From NCBI GenBank assembly GCA_051117335.1, contig JBNPEB010000044.1:39412-103411 (forward strand): a DNA stretch of 64,000 bases, in the 5' to 3' direction. The notes under the pieces are model-generated. The model was not told where the DNA came from and made no database searches. It saw nothing but the letters and a program-made list of their open reading frames with translations. The stretch's first letter is position 1. Each line of letters starts with the position of its first letter. The stretch is from Elainellaceae cyanobacterium. Its GTDB lineage: Bacteria > Cyanobacteriota > Cyanobacteriia > CAZCXK01. This document shows positions 10,192 to 20,813 of the stretch, piece after piece. Position numbers and translations under genes: made by a program.

Positions 10192-10233
10192 CACTTGATA
10201 GACCGCACTTGATAGACCGCACTTGATAGACGT
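10192..10233. repeat. Tandem direct repeat, 14 bp unit (cacttgatagaccg) x ~3
   Basis: gcacttgatagaccgcacttgatagaccgcacttgatagacg is directly visible. A second short tandem, gctttaattgg x2, lies at 10255..10289. Confidence 0.7.
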
Positions 10234-10554
10234 AGAGTTAACCACATCGATTCGGGCCGCTTTAATTGGCTGCTTTAATTGGCCGCTTATAGCGATAATT
10301 GATTCTCTCCAGATTACTCATACTTATGCATACGAGACAGTAAGCTTAATTGCATTATGTCAAATTGCTCGTCCGGCACGTGCCTCACTCTGTTAACCAA
10401 TCGACACGATAGAAGACACGAGCCTCGAATGAGTTGACGTCAAAATTTACGTAATCTCAACGGGCAATATTGTCCGAAAATGCGTTAACGTTTCTATTCG
10501 TTGGTTTTCGACTCTCTGAACCCGGCTGTTTACTAATCTCATCTTGAGGCACTG

Positions 10555-11640
10555 ATGGCTAAAGCGACCAATGAAACGTCTGAAAAGACAAAAGCTCTGA
10601 ACTTGGTGCTCACCCAAATCGATCGCACCTTTGGCAAAGGAACTATTATGCGGTTGGGTGATGCGACCCGTATGAGGGTAGAAACCATTCCAACGGGGGC
10701 TCTGACTCTTGATCTAGCGCTAGGTGGCGGTTTGCCTAAAGGCAGGGTAATCGAAATCTATGGCCCAGAAAGTTCAGGGAAAACGACGGTTGCCCTCCAT
10801 GCGATCGCCGAAGTTCAAAAAATGGGCGGCATTGCTGCCTTTGTTGACGCTGAACACGCTCTCGATCCAACCTATGCCGCTGCTTTAGGCGTCGATGTCG
10901 AAAATCTGCTAGTGTCTCAGCCTGATACTGGAGAAGCTGCGCTAGAAATCGTCGATCAACTTATTCGATCGAATGCGATTGACGTGGTAGTGGTCGATTC
11001 AGTCGCAGCGTTGGTGCCACGCGCTGAGATCGAAGGTGAAATGGGAGACGCCCACGTTGGCTTACAAGCCCGCCTCATGAGCCAAGCCCTCCGCAAAATT
11101 ACCGGGAATATCGGCAAAACAGGCTGTAGTGTGGTGTTTCTTAACCAGCTTCGTCAAAAGATCGGTATTTCCTACGGTAATCCAGAAACTACAACAGGCG
11201 GTAACGCCCTAAAGTTTTACGCCTCAGTTCGATTAGATATCCGTCGAATTCAGACATTGAAGAAAGGGACTGAAGAATATGGCATTCGTGCAAAAGTGAA
11301 GGTTGCGAAGAACAAAGTTGCGCCTCCCTTTCGCATTGCAGAATTTGATGTCATCTTCGGCGAAGGGATTTCTTCAATGGGTTGCATCGTCGATTTGGCA
11401 GAAGAAACAGGCGTCATCACTCGACGAGGCGCATGGTATAGCTATAACGGCGACAATATCTCTCAAGGTCGGGATAATGCCATCAAATATTTGAAGGACA
11501 ATCCAGAATTTGCAAACGATATCGATCGTCAGGTTCGAGAAAAGCTAGAGTTAGGCGGATTGCCGATTACCCGATCGGCTGATTCAAACGGCAATGAAGA
11601 CGCAGGGGATCAAGAACCGCCTCAAGATATTGATTTTTAG
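10555..11640 (+). CDS. recA: Recombinase RecA
   Basis: Walker A (GPESSGKTT), L1/L2 loops and the full RecA signature; 361 aa. Confidence 0.97.
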   Translation: MAKATNETSEKTKALNLVLTQIDRTFGKGTIMRLGDATRMRVETIPTGALTLDLALGGGLPKGRVIEIYGPESSGKTTVALHAIAEVQKMGGIAAFVDAEHALDPTYAAALGVDVENLLVSQPDTGEAALEIVDQLIRSNAIDVVVVDSVAALVPRAEIEGEMGDAHVGLQARLMSQALRKITGNIGKTGCSVVFLNQLRQKIGISYGNPETTTGGNALKFYASVRLDIRRIQTLKKGTEEYGIRAKVKVAKNKVAPPFRIAEFDVIFGEGISSMGCIVDLAEETGVITRRGAWYSYNGDNISQGRDNAIKYLKDNPEFANDIDRQVREKLELGGLPITRSADSNGNEDAGDQEPPQDIDF

Positions 11641-11738
11641 TGGATGGGCGAGTTTACGCCAAATGAGTAGGAAACAAATCACTCTGTGAAGTCCCCCACT
11701 CTTTATGAGCTCGCCCATGTCACCTGAGATTTGACGAG

Positions 11739-12830
11739 CTACGGCGCTGCGACTGGCAACTCAAGCTTTAGCAGATTCATCAGCCGATTAAAGTCGAAAT
11801 GTTCATCCATCATTTCGTAGATACATTCCAGCTTGATTGGCTCATGCAGTCTAACTTGCCCGAATGTGCGATCGACGATCTCTACCGTCGTCAGCGTATC
11901 TAAATCAACCGAAAGAATCGGAATCTCTAGGTCTTCAGCGCGGCTCAAAACGGTAGCAGATGGGCCGATATGCCCGGTTAAAATCAAGCAGTGAGTCGAG
12001 GTTTCGAGCGCAGCCAGCTGAATGTCTGTGCGATCGCCCCCTGTGACAACTGCCATATTGCGAGCCTTACGAAAATACTTCAGTGCAGAATTAACATTCA
12101 TCGCACCAATTTTCAGGCTTTCAACCAATAAATCCAGGCGATTACGGCAGCAGATCACCTCTGCATCAAGCTGATTCACCAATTCTCCAACGCTGACGCT
12201 CCGCAACAGGTCACTTCGAGGAAGCAGACTAAAAATCGGAATGCCCTGCTGTTCTAGAAACGGACGCATGATTGTGTTGGCATCGTCCCACCGATCGGGA
12301 GGGATGTCATTAATGACGGCACCAATCAAATAGTTTCCTAAGCGCTGCTTGGCGCATAACAATGCATCGACAGTGAGCACCGAATGGAATCGAGCGACAA
12401 GCAACACAGGAGCATCCAAGGTTTTCACGATATGCCCCAATGACAAATCAAATAACGTCCCCTCATCCAAGGTGCCAGGTCCTTCTAAGAGAGCAAGATC
12501 GCTTCCCTGGAGGCGTAGATAGTGCTCAAGTGAGCTCTGATAGTCGACTGAATCGTTACCCGAAATGCGGCGAGCGATGCTGGCGCTATCTAGCGATAGA
12601 AGAGTTGGAAGCAAGTGATTCTCAGGCAACTTTAGTGTGCGACCAATAAACCGCACGTCTTCGTCGATATCATCCGCATCCGACTCACTTAAGCAGGTAC
12701 CCAAAGGCTTACCATACGCAATATCGAGTCCGCTAGCTTTTAAATGATTCCCAATTCCTAGGATTGTCGCTGACTTACCGCTGTAAGCTTCTGTTGAACC
12801 GATAACTAAATGCTTCGCGGACTGTAGCAC
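11739..12830 (-). CDS. DRTGG/phosphotransacetylase-N-terminal-like P-loop protein
   Basis: N-terminal CobQ/AAA_26-like P-loop (GSTEAYSGKSATILGI) and a C-terminal DRTGG-like region (AVVTGGDRTDIQLAA); 363 aa. Confidence 0.6.
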   Translation of the reverse strand: MLQSAKHLVIGSTEAYSGKSATILGIGNHLKASGLDIAYGKPLGTCLSESDADDIDEDVRFIGRTLKLPENHLLPTLLSLDSASIARRISGNDSVDYQSSLEHYLRLQGSDLALLEGPGTLDEGTLFDLSLGHIVKTLDAPVLLVARFHSVLTVDALLCAKQRLGNYLIGAVINDIPPDRWDDANTIMRPFLEQQGIPIFSLLPRSDLLRSVSVGELVNQLDAEVICCRNRLDLLVESLKIGAMNVNSALKYFRKARNMAVVTGGDRTDIQLAALETSTHCLILTGHIGPSATVLSRAEDLEIPILSVDLDTLTTVEIVDRTFGQVRLHEPIKLECIYEMMDEHFDFNRLMNLLKLELPVAAP

Positions 12831-13034
12831 GTCCTCAACTCCTCAGAAAATATTCTTTTAGGTAAGTCTAACCCTATTTGGTCATGCCCTATTTGGTCAT
12901 GATTGATTGGTCACTATTGTAAGGGAGATGTAAACGACTCGCCTCAAATCCAGTTTTGACAAATACGGTTTTCAGTAAATCTATGCCGCCGATTTGAAGG
13001 GTATCGCAACTCGATTTTGCGGCCGTGACCTCGA

Positions 13035-13409
13035 TCAATCATCCAATCGGAGAAGTTTTCGGTAAAAGGGCTGAGAAAAGTCTGTGATTCGGCTTGCCTT
13101 GACGTTAAAAATGACATCGATCAGAAAATCGATGAATTCAAAATTTGCCAACGTCATCTCGTAGCTTAACTCTGCATTGCCATCAAACTGAATTCGGCAG
13201 CGGGTTAAGTCGGCTGGCAACGAAGACACATTCCAGGTTGCGACAAATGGAATACTCTCTCCGCCTTCGATGTTACGGTTTCCTTCTAAATTGCCTCGCT
13301 GATATAAGCTAATTGCAAAAGGTAGCGCGTTTCTCTTTCTGCCTTGATAGTAAGGCGTATATACATTGACATCGCGAGGGTTTGCAGGGTGTAGTTTGTC
13401 GAGAGCCAT
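13035..13409 (-). CDS. Hypothetical protein (124 aa)
   Basis: An ORF with no recognisable domain. It sits alone between divergently oriented genes. Confidence 0.35.
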   Translation of the reverse strand: MALDKLHPANPRDVNVYTPYYQGRKRNALPFAISLYQRGNLEGNRNIEGGESIPFVATWNVSSLPADLTRCRIQFDGNAELSYEMTLANFEFIDFLIDVIFNVKASRITDFSQPFYRKLLRLDD

Positions 13410-13691
13410 GCTGAACCGTTACCTCATTTCCTGAGAGACTGAGCGTTTAATCGCGTTTACTGATTAAGACGTATGAAAGACTGCGTATTCTTGCTTAGAT
13501 ATAGTATGCCCCAGGAACTTTATGGGGTTGCACTTTTTGTTCAATTTTGATGAAGCTTCTGTAAAAATCCGAGGAACTGAGAGGGAGTCCGATAGTCTTC
13601 GTTAGAAATCCGATCAGGCATCGAAGCAGATTAGATTTCTTCCCAGGTTTGAGATGGGTTTGAGCATGCCAGGTTGCACAGGTAGAGGACG

Positions 13692-14963
13692 TTGACACGA
13701 ATAGGCTTATCCACCAAACAGCTTCAAATTGTGATTATTGGCGGCGGGGCAGCAGGTTTTTTTGGGGCGATCACCTGTGCTGAAGCCAATCCTCAGGCGC
13801 GGGTCACACTGCTAGAGGCGAGCCGTCAGGCACTCACCAAAGTTCGGATTTCGGGCGGAGGGCGATGCAACGTCACGCATGCCTGTTTTGATTCTGGGCT
13901 GTTGGTGAGTCACTATCCGCGAGGCGGAAAAGCTCTCAGAGGAGCATTTAGTCGCTTTCAGCCTCGCGATACGGTGAATTGGTTTAATCAGCGGGGTGTG
14001 GCGCTGAAAACCGAGGCTGACGGACGCATGTTTCCAGTGAGCGATGATTCTGCCACGATTGCTAATTGCTTGATGCATGCGGCTCATCACGCTGGGGTCA
14101 ATATCCGCCTCGAGGCTCCTGTTCGTTCGGTGAATCGAGCAGATGATGGCTTTCAAGTCATGTTGAAATCAGGAGAACAGATAGGGTGCGATCGCCTGTT
14201 GTTGGCAACCGGTAGTAGCCCTTTAGGATACCGATTTGCTCAATCATTGGGGCATTCGATCGAGGCTCCTGTCCCGTCATTATTTACATTCAAGGTGGCG
14301 GATGCTGACCTTCATGCGCGGGCAGGCGTGTCGCTTGATCCCGTTCGTGGACGGTTAGTGATGTCAGGGCATAAACCCATAGAGCAAACGGGCGCCTTAT
14401 TAATTACTCATTGGGGATTTAGCGGCCCCGTGGTGCTGAAACTGTCGGCGTGGGGAGCTCGCCTGCTTCATCAGCAGCGCTATCGAGCCACGTTTGAGAT
14501 TAACTGGCTCCCTCAGCACTCGACTGACCAGGTGCAGCAGATTATTTCAAACGCCCGAACGGATATGTCTCGCAGGGCGATCGCCTCCCACTGTCCATTG
14601 CCTCTCCCCAGACGACTCTGGCAATATTTATTACAACGCTCAGGAACGCTACAACAGGTGGATATTGACGAGCAGCGCTGGGCCAATCTGTCAAAAAAAT
14701 TAGCTCATCAGCTTGTTCAAGAACTAGTCCGGAGTCAATATCCCGTAACTGGTAAAGGCGTGTTTAAAGAAGAATTTGTCACGTGCGGCGGGATTCGACT
14801 CAAAGAAGTTAATTTCAAGACGATGGCAAGTCGCTGCTGCCCTGGACTTTATGTTGCAGGAGAAATTTTGGATGTCGATGGAGTGACCGGAGGCTTTAAT
14901 TTTCAAAGTGCTTGGACGACCGGATGGCTAGCAGGGAAAGCGATGGGCAGTGAGACGAGCTAG
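13692..14963 (+). CDS. NAD(P)/FAD-dependent oxidoreductase, HI0933/BaiN family flavoprotein
   Basis: N-terminal FAD dinucleotide fold (IVIIGGGAAGFFGAITCAE) and a C-terminal GG…AGE motif (LYVAGEILDVDGVTGGFNFQ); 423 aa. Confidence 0.8.
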   Translation: MTRIGLSTKQLQIVIIGGGAAGFFGAITCAEANPQARVTLLEASRQALTKVRISGGGRCNVTHACFDSGLLVSHYPRGGKALRGAFSRFQPRDTVNWFNQRGVALKTEADGRMFPVSDDSATIANCLMHAAHHAGVNIRLEAPVRSVNRADDGFQVMLKSGEQIGCDRLLLATGSSPLGYRFAQSLGHSIEAPVPSLFTFKVADADLHARAGVSLDPVRGRLVMSGHKPIEQTGALLITHWGFSGPVVLKLSAWGARLLHQQRYRATFEINWLPQHSTDQVQQIISNARTDMSRRAIASHCPLPLPRRLWQYLLQRSGTLQQVDIDEQRWANLSKKLAHQLVQELVRSQYPVTGKGVFKEEFVTCGGIRLKEVNFKTMASRCCPGLYVAGEILDVDGVTGGFNFQSAWTTGWLAGKAMGSETS

Positions 14964-14971
14964 GCCGTGAC

Positions 14972-16690
14972 TTAGCCAGGAATTGCGGCGATCGCCAATG
15001 GGATGAAGGTTGCCCAGGTTTGCCTCGCCTCCAGAGCCGTCAGACGTTGCCCCACCTGCCGAAGATTGCGATGGTTGGTAAACCAAAAGGGCGTGCTCAG
15101 CACCCGAAACGGGGCTCGCAACACAGATTTTTGAGGATAGTCAAACAGATATGCATTGTGTACGATACCTCGACCCGATTCAATGTCATCTAACGGGTTG
15201 CCAGGAAATGCGCCCCACGGGAGTACGCCGAGGGAATAGGCAATCCCAGGCCAGGTATTGAGGGCAATCGTGCCGTAGCGTAACTGGGCGATCGCTTCCT
15301 CTAATTCGTCTGCACATCGAGTGGCCGTTTTGGGATCAATCAACAGTGAGCACGAGAGATTTCCCCAGACACTCTGATTTACAAAGGCAACCGCGCGTTC
15401 AAGAAAATCAGACGGATGATCGACCTCCAATGTCACCTCTGCCAAGACTCCACAAAACGCCTCATGGGAGAGCGCATATTCTCCTTTTTTAGGCATTACG
15501 TCTGGGATCACTGTCCACGGAATGCAGCCGTCTGCGGCAGAACCCAGCAGAATTGACTGGGGATAGCAATCTAGAAATGCTTGATAGCGCTGAAATGCAC
15601 CTGGATAGTAACTTGGACGGGGTGGCATAGCGGCGATCGCCCGATGCAGGCAATCCAAAAAATCGGCACGCTGAGCCCATCCCTTTGCCATCACCACTAC
15701 TTTACCGGCAACGCAGTTGAAGCTGGCATTGTGAACCAGCATATTGGCGACATGCTGCGCTTGAAACTCTAGATCGGATGATGTCCATTCTCCCGGAACG
15801 ACTAGAATCGGGGTCACGCACCCCAACTCTGATGTAATCGGTTTGGTCAAGGCCGGTGTCTGAGAGGGGGGGCGATCGCGCTGTTCCGTCGGTGAATTCC
15901 CCCAAACGATGCAATCGTGCGTATGATGCGACCCTGTAATGTGAATCGTGTCTACCTCCGAATGATGGCAGAGATACTGGCCTAACTCCCCCCCTCCATA
16001 GACCACCGCCAAGACAGATCTCTCAATCAAAGGCTGAAAGGCAGTTTCAATTACAGCGCCTAGGGCATTGAGGAGGGGATGCATTTTGAGAATCACCACC
16101 TGATGCTCAGCAAATAGCTTGTAGAGAGCATCCATTGGTCCAATCGAAGAAATATTGCCCGCCCCCAATACAAGCCCAACCCGACCTCGATCAGGCGGAT
16201 GACGATACGGTGCGCCTTGAGACGGCGATCGCCCCGGCTCGATCCAAATTTCAGCAGCGTATCCTAGCAATGACAGGCGATCAATCCAGGTATCAGGAAA
16301 GACCTGGGCGATCGCCTGTCCGTCTGGGCGAGTCCGAATCTGCTTGGCTTGTGGCTGCCCCCCAGCTTCAAGCGCATGAATCAAGAGCCGTAAATTTCGG
16401 AGGACGGCAGACGGTCCGGTCATCCACACCTCTCCTTCGAGTGCTGCTCCGTCTGGAATGCCCTTAATCTGACACACCACCTTGACCCAAGTATCAGCCA
16501 CGCGATGCATGTTGACCATACATTGCCGCAATATCTGGAGACGCTCTTGAATGTCCGTTTTAACCCATCGATCACGCTGCTCATGAAGTCGAGCAATGAT
16601 CAAATTTGCCGTCTCAATCGGCGTGTCGCATTTACCTATTTTCAATGATTGATTCGATTGATTCATCAGCCTTAACGATGGCAAACACAA
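14972..16690 (-). CDS. Aldehyde dehydrogenase superfamily protein (long-form, ~570 aa)
   Basis: ALDH-like motifs: the catalytic Cys context (FNCVAGKVV), ELGCVTP in place of ELGGK, and a Gly-rich motif (ITGSHHTHDCIVWG). Divergently oriented from ado. Confidence 0.7.
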   Translation of the reverse strand: MCLPSLRLMNQSNQSLKIGKCDTPIETANLIIARLHEQRDRWVKTDIQERLQILRQCMVNMHRVADTWVKVVCQIKGIPDGAALEGEVWMTGPSAVLRNLRLLIHALEAGGQPQAKQIRTRPDGQAIAQVFPDTWIDRLSLLGYAAEIWIEPGRSPSQGAPYRHPPDRGRVGLVLGAGNISSIGPMDALYKLFAEHQVVILKMHPLLNALGAVIETAFQPLIERSVLAVVYGGGELGQYLCHHSEVDTIHITGSHHTHDCIVWGNSPTEQRDRPPSQTPALTKPITSELGCVTPILVVPGEWTSSDLEFQAQHVANMLVHNASFNCVAGKVVVMAKGWAQRADFLDCLHRAIAAMPPRPSYYPGAFQRYQAFLDCYPQSILLGSAADGCIPWTVIPDVMPKKGEYALSHEAFCGVLAEVTLEVDHPSDFLERAVAFVNQSVWGNLSCSLLIDPKTATRCADELEEAIAQLRYGTIALNTWPGIAYSLGVLPWGAFPGNPLDDIESGRGIVHNAYLFDYPQKSVLRAPFRVLSTPFWFTNHRNLRQVGQRLTALEARQTWATFIPLAIAAIPG

Positions 16691-17195
16691 AAGCTGGGGA
16701 CGGTATGACTGGCAAGCTCTAAAGAACTGTAGAGGCGATCCAATTCAAACTATCAATTTAAGACATCAACACGCTCTAGCTAGATATTGAGTCAGAAATA
16801 ATTGGTGTGTACAAAGGTTCGGCGACCCGCAAATGATTCTGTCTAGACTCATCCTAGACATATTCGCGGATATCATTCGCTAGACATAACTCGTACGAAC
16901 ATTCATATATTCAATGAACAACCAAAACATTTTTGATGCCTTACTTTTAAGGAGTCATGACCTATCAAAAATGCTCTGACTATCTAAAAACTGCCAGAAA
17001 ATTTCCAGTCTCGCCCTTTGATTTAACGGATTTAGAGGATGGATTCTGAATTATCTTCCAAAATTATGATTTACTATCAATATTGCTGGTTGGCTCAGAT
17101 TACGTCTTGACACGGCTAGCATAGTAGGGATTATGATGATCACCGTTTGGAACCTCAGGTTCTTTCAGCTGAGAAATGCAGGATGTTAACGGCGT

Positions 17196-17891
17196 ATGCA
17201 AGAGCTCGCAACTATATCAGAATTTGACTTCGAGAGTACGGCGTATAAGGACGCTTATAGTCGTATCAATGCCATTGTAATTGAGGGTGAGCAACAGGCT
17301 CATGATAATTATATTCACCTTGTCGAGCTGTTGCCGGAGCATAAACAGCATTTAGAAAGCCTTTCTAAGATGGAGAATCGCCACAAGAAAGGGTTTCAGG
17401 CATGTGGCAAGAACCTGAATGTGACTCCAGACATGGAGTTTGCTCGTGACTATTTTGCCGCTTTACACGGCAATTTCCAACGTGCTTATGCAGACGGCAA
17501 GGTCGTCCATTGTTTGCTGATTCAGTCGCTGATTATCGAGGCGTTTGCGATCGCAGCTTACAACATCTATATTCCCGTTGCCGATCCGTTTGCTCGCAAA
17601 ATCACCGAGGGTGTTGTTAAAGATGAATACATGCATCTCAACTTTGGTGAAGTCTGGCTAGGTGAGCACTTTGAAGAGTCTAAAGCAGATTTAGAAGCAG
17701 CAAATCGTCAGAATCTCCCGATCGTGTGGAAAATGTTGAGCCAGGTTGAAGACGATGCGCGAGTGTTGGGTATGGAAAAGGAAGCACTCGTAGAAGACTT
17801 CATGATCAGTTATGGAGAAGCATTGGGTAACATCGGTTTCACCACTCGCGAAATTATGCGGATGTCTTCCCACGGTCTTGCTGCTGCTTAG
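17196..17891 (+). CDS. ado: Aldehyde-deformylating oxygenase (alkane biosynthesis)
   Basis: 231 aa ferritin-like di-iron protein. Iron ligand motifs EGEQQAH…E…H and [10 protein letters not shown]…E…H. Characteristic of cyanobacterial ADO. Confidence 0.93.
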   Translation: MQELATISEFDFESTAYKDAYSRINAIVIEGEQQAHDNYIHLVELLPEHKQHLESLSKMENRHKKGFQACGKNLNVTPDMEFARDYFAALHGNFQRAYADGKVVHCLLIQSLIIEAFAIAAYNIYIPVADPFARKITEGVVKDEYMHLNFGEVWLGEHFEESKADLEAANRQNLPIVWKMLSQVEDDARVLGMEKEALVEDFMISYGEALGNIGFTTREIMRMSSHGLAAA

Positions 17892-17941
17892 TAGCTTTTC
17901 GGGCTCATTGTTACGAAGGAGATCGATGACCTCTTGAAGCA

Positions 17942-17969
17942 GCCGCTCGTCCAGAGCGGTTATTTTTTA
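17942..17969 (+). terminator. Rho-independent terminator-like hairpin between ado and aar
   Basis: gccgctc-gtcca-gagcggt is followed by ttattttttatta, 50 nt after the ado stop. Confidence 0.5.
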
Positions 17970-18034
17970 TTATGAGATTTCGGTATCCTGTTTCTTCTCC
18001 ACGTGTTCGACTGTTTTCTTAAAGCGAGTTATCT

Positions 18035-19066
18035 ATGTTTGGTCTCATTGGTCATCTGACTAGCTTGGAACATGCTCAAGAGGTCGCTCATGAGCTAGGC
18101 TACCCGGAGTATGCCGATCAGGGATTAGATTTTTGGTGTTCTGCACCTCCCCAGATTATTGACAAGATCACTGTCACGAGCATTACAGGACAACAGATCG
18201 AAGGACAATATGTCGAATCATGCTTTTTGCCCGAAATGCTCACAAATCGTCGGATTAAAGCTGCTATTCGCAAAATCCTGAATGCGATGGCTCATGCCCA
18301 GAAACATGGGCTTGATATCACTGCCCTGGGTGGGTTTTCTTCCATTATTTTTGAAAATTTCAACCTCGATCAGCACCGTCGCGTTAGAAATGTCGAGCTA
18401 GAATTTAACCGGTTTACGACGGGTAATACTCATACGGCATATATTATTTGTCGGCAAGTTGAGCAAGCCGCCACCAATCTCGGCATTGATTTGAGCAAAG
18501 CCAGTGTCGCAGTCTTTGGCGCAACCGGAGATATCGGCAGTGCAGTATGTCGGTGGCTTAATGTTCACGCCGATGTAGATGAGCTGCTTTTGATTGCTCG
18601 TAATCAAGAGCGGCTGCAAAACCTGCGAGATGAGCTAGGTCGCGGAAAGATTATGGGGTTAGAAGAGGCCCTTTGCCAAGCGGATGTCATTGTTTGGGTG
18701 GCGAGTACGCCGAGAGGCGTCGACATTGATCCGCTATTGCTAAGAAAACCCTGTTTGCTCATTGATGGCGGATATCCTAAGAACCTCAAAACGAAGGTAC
18801 AGCATCCTGATATTTACGTTCTAGAAGGTGGGATTGTCGAGCATTCTCTCGATATTGACTGGAAGATCATGAAAATCGTCAAAATGGATATTCCGGGTCG
18901 CCAATTGTTTGCCTGTTTTGCAGAATCGATGCTGCTTGAGTTTGAAAAGTGGCACACCAATTTTTCGTGGGGGCGGAATCAAATCACTGTTGAAAAAATG
19001 GAGCAAATTGGTCATGCCTCTGTGAAACATGGATTTAAGCCCCATCTAGGATTTTTGGGGACGTAA
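18035..19066 (+). CDS. aar: Acyl-ACP reductase (fatty aldehyde-forming; alkane biosynthesis)
   Basis: 343 aa with a nucleotide-binding motif ([12 protein letters not shown]). The conserved AAR family architecture lies immediately downstream of ado. Confidence 0.93.
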   Translation: MFGLIGHLTSLEHAQEVAHELGYPEYADQGLDFWCSAPPQIIDKITVTSITGQQIEGQYVESCFLPEMLTNRRIKAAIRKILNAMAHAQKHGLDITALGGFSSIIFENFNLDQHRRVRNVELEFNRFTTGNTHTAYIICRQVEQAATNLGIDLSKASVAVFGATGDIGSAVCRWLNVHADVDELLLIARNQERLQNLRDELGRGKIMGLEEALCQADVIVWVASTPRGVDIDPLLLRKPCLLIDGGYPKNLKTKVQHPDIYVLEGGIVEHSLDIDWKIMKIVKMDIPGRQLFACFAESMLLEFEKWHTNFSWGRNQITVEKMEQIGHASVKHGFKPHLGFLGT

Positions 19067-19106
19067 GTTAAGGTAAGCGTCAACGCGCAATCTGACGAGC
19101 AATCGA

Positions 19107-19892
19107 ATGGGTATTTGGCGATCGCCTCTCGAATGTCCGCCCCTGTTAGATAGGGAAGTGCATGTTTGGCGATCGCATTTTTCGCCTCCCGTCTTGTCTG
19201 ATGCGACTCTCAGACCATATGCTCAGGTTCTTGCGGTCGATGAGCAAGAGCGGGCACAGCGGTTTCGCAGCGACCTTCATCGTCAGCAGTTTATTGCAGC
19301 AAGAGGGCTGCTGCGACTCTTACTTGGTGCTTACTTAGAGGTCGATCCAACACAGATTCAGTTTACCTATGGGCCTTACGGTAAACCGCTCCTAAATGCC
19401 TCTAGCCCGTCTCAAGTGTTGCATTTTAATCTGTCCCATTCTCATGAAATGGTGCTGTATGCCGTAACGCGCGATCGCCCTGTCGGCATTGATATTGAAT
19501 ATCTTCGTCGGGTGCCTAACGTAGAGCAGCTTGCCCATCGGTTTTTCTCACCGATCGAGGCGGCAGCAATTTCAGCACTTCCGCCTGATCAGCAACAGAC
19601 TGCCTTTTTTTGTGGCTGGACTCGGAAGGAAGCCTATCTTAAAGCGACCGGACGCGGATTAGCTGATTTAAGTGAGGTTGAGGTGACACTGTTGCCCGCC
19701 GATCCGCCTCGTTTGGTTAATCATCCCGGTTCGATCTCGCCAGACTCCTTAGAGGTGTCAGACTCTCTAGGATTGTCGGAATGGACGCTCCATCATCTTA
19801 ATCCGGCAGATAGATATGTAGGAGCGCTGGCGGTGCAGCAATCACGCCCTCGGGTTCAGTATCTGCACTGGTCAGCATCGCATGATGAGTGA
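19107..19892 (+). CDS. 4'-phosphopantetheinyl transferase, Sfp/HetI type
   Basis: PPTase motifs (GIDIEYL… and FFCGWTRKEAYLKATG); 261 aa. Confidence 0.8.
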   Translation: MGIWRSPLECPPLLDREVHVWRSHFSPPVLSDATLRPYAQVLAVDEQERAQRFRSDLHRQQFIAARGLLRLLLGAYLEVDPTQIQFTYGPYGKPLLNASSPSQVLHFNLSHSHEMVLYAVTRDRPVGIDIEYLRRVPNVEQLAHRFFSPIEAAAISALPPDQQQTAFFCGWTRKEAYLKATGRGLADLSEVEVTLLPADPPRLVNHPGSISPDSLEVSDSLGLSEWTLHHLNPADRYVGALAVQQSRPRVQYLHWSASHDE

Positions 19893-19927
19893 TGAATCCA
19901 ACGCAATTGCACATTGCTATAAACTCT

Positions 19928-20545
19928 CTAGAGGACATCTCGCAGGGCGACCCCTGCAAATATTAAAAACAACAGTCCGCCTATTGTGGTCAGCGTTTTT
20001 TCTGAGATCCTGCCGCAGGCAAGTCGTCCGCATGTGACTGCGATCGCCGCACAGATTGCATGTCCTAAGATTGCGCCTAGGGTCACTCCGATTGGGTCTT
20101 GAGCCGCTGCCAGGGTAATGGTCGCAATTTGCGTGCGATCGCCCCATTCTGCCAAAAACGTCAGCCCGAATGTCTCGGTCAAAATGACGAGGAATGTTTG
20201 ATGATAGGAATGCTGTTTCTCAACGCGATTGATTGCCTCTTCTGCCTCATCACACTCATCACACCCCGTTTGGTGTGTCATTTGATATGCGTCGTATAGA
20301 AGCTTTAGTCCAAATACCGTAAAAAGTCCGATTTCGACATATTCTATGGAGCGACCCGGAATAAATGACGCGGCCTGCCCCACCAATACGGATAAAATGG
20401 TCATTACAGCGAGTGCGGCAACAGCGCCTGCGAACACCAGGCGACGCGGATGGCGCATCGAAAGAATTGCTGCGATAAAAAATGTTTTGTCGCCCAATTC
20501 TGAGACAGTAATTAACAATAAGCCGGCTGTGAAGGCGGTCAACAT
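19928..20545 (-). CDS. GDT1/TMEM165 (UPF0016) family cation (Mn2+/Ca2+) transporter
   Basis: Two E-x-G-D-(KR)-(TS) motifs (SELGDKTF and AEWGDRTQ); 205 aa, six predicted TM helices. Confidence 0.8.
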   Translation of the reverse strand: MLTAFTAGLLLITVSELGDKTFFIAAILSMRHPRRLVFAGAVAALAVMTILSVLVGQAASFIPGRSIEYVEIGLFTVFGLKLLYDAYQMTHQTGCDECDEAEEAINRVEKQHSYHQTFLVILTETFGLTFLAEWGDRTQIATITLAAAQDPIGVTLGAILGHAICAAIAVTCGRLACGRISEKTLTTIGGLLFLIFAGVALRDVL

Positions 20546-20813
20546 GCTCTCAAGCTCCTCATGAATCGGTGGTTGAGTGAGCTTGATGAATAGACCAACA
20601 CTTCACCAAGCTCACAATTTTGTGAACTTAGTGAAGGTCTCGCTTACAAATTCGTTAAATACGCTTTGCCGCTTGAACCAGGCTCATCACCAGTATGTTG
20701 ATTCAAGCGAGCTGGCACGCCAGTAGCTACTCCCCTTCAAATATTGAGCTATTATACTGGGTCACGGCTCCACATCCAATGCCTAACGTTACTATTTCCT
20801 GACAATGCCAGGT

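Noticed and set aside
10192-10289. Possible CRISPR array (short tandem repeats upstream of recA)
   Set aside because: The units are only 11-14 bp, directly abutting with no spacers, and there are 2-3 copies. No cas genes are present. This is a simple tandem repeat.
11645-11719. 9-bp inverted repeat (atgggcgag / ctcgcccat) after recA as a terminator
   Set aside because: The loop is about 55 nt and there is no T-tract. It is unlikely to be an intrinsic terminator.
13495-13698. 67-aa ORF upstream of the flavoprotein gene
   Set aside because: It overlaps the start of the opposite-strand gene and its promoter region, and has a low-complexity composition. Probably spurious.
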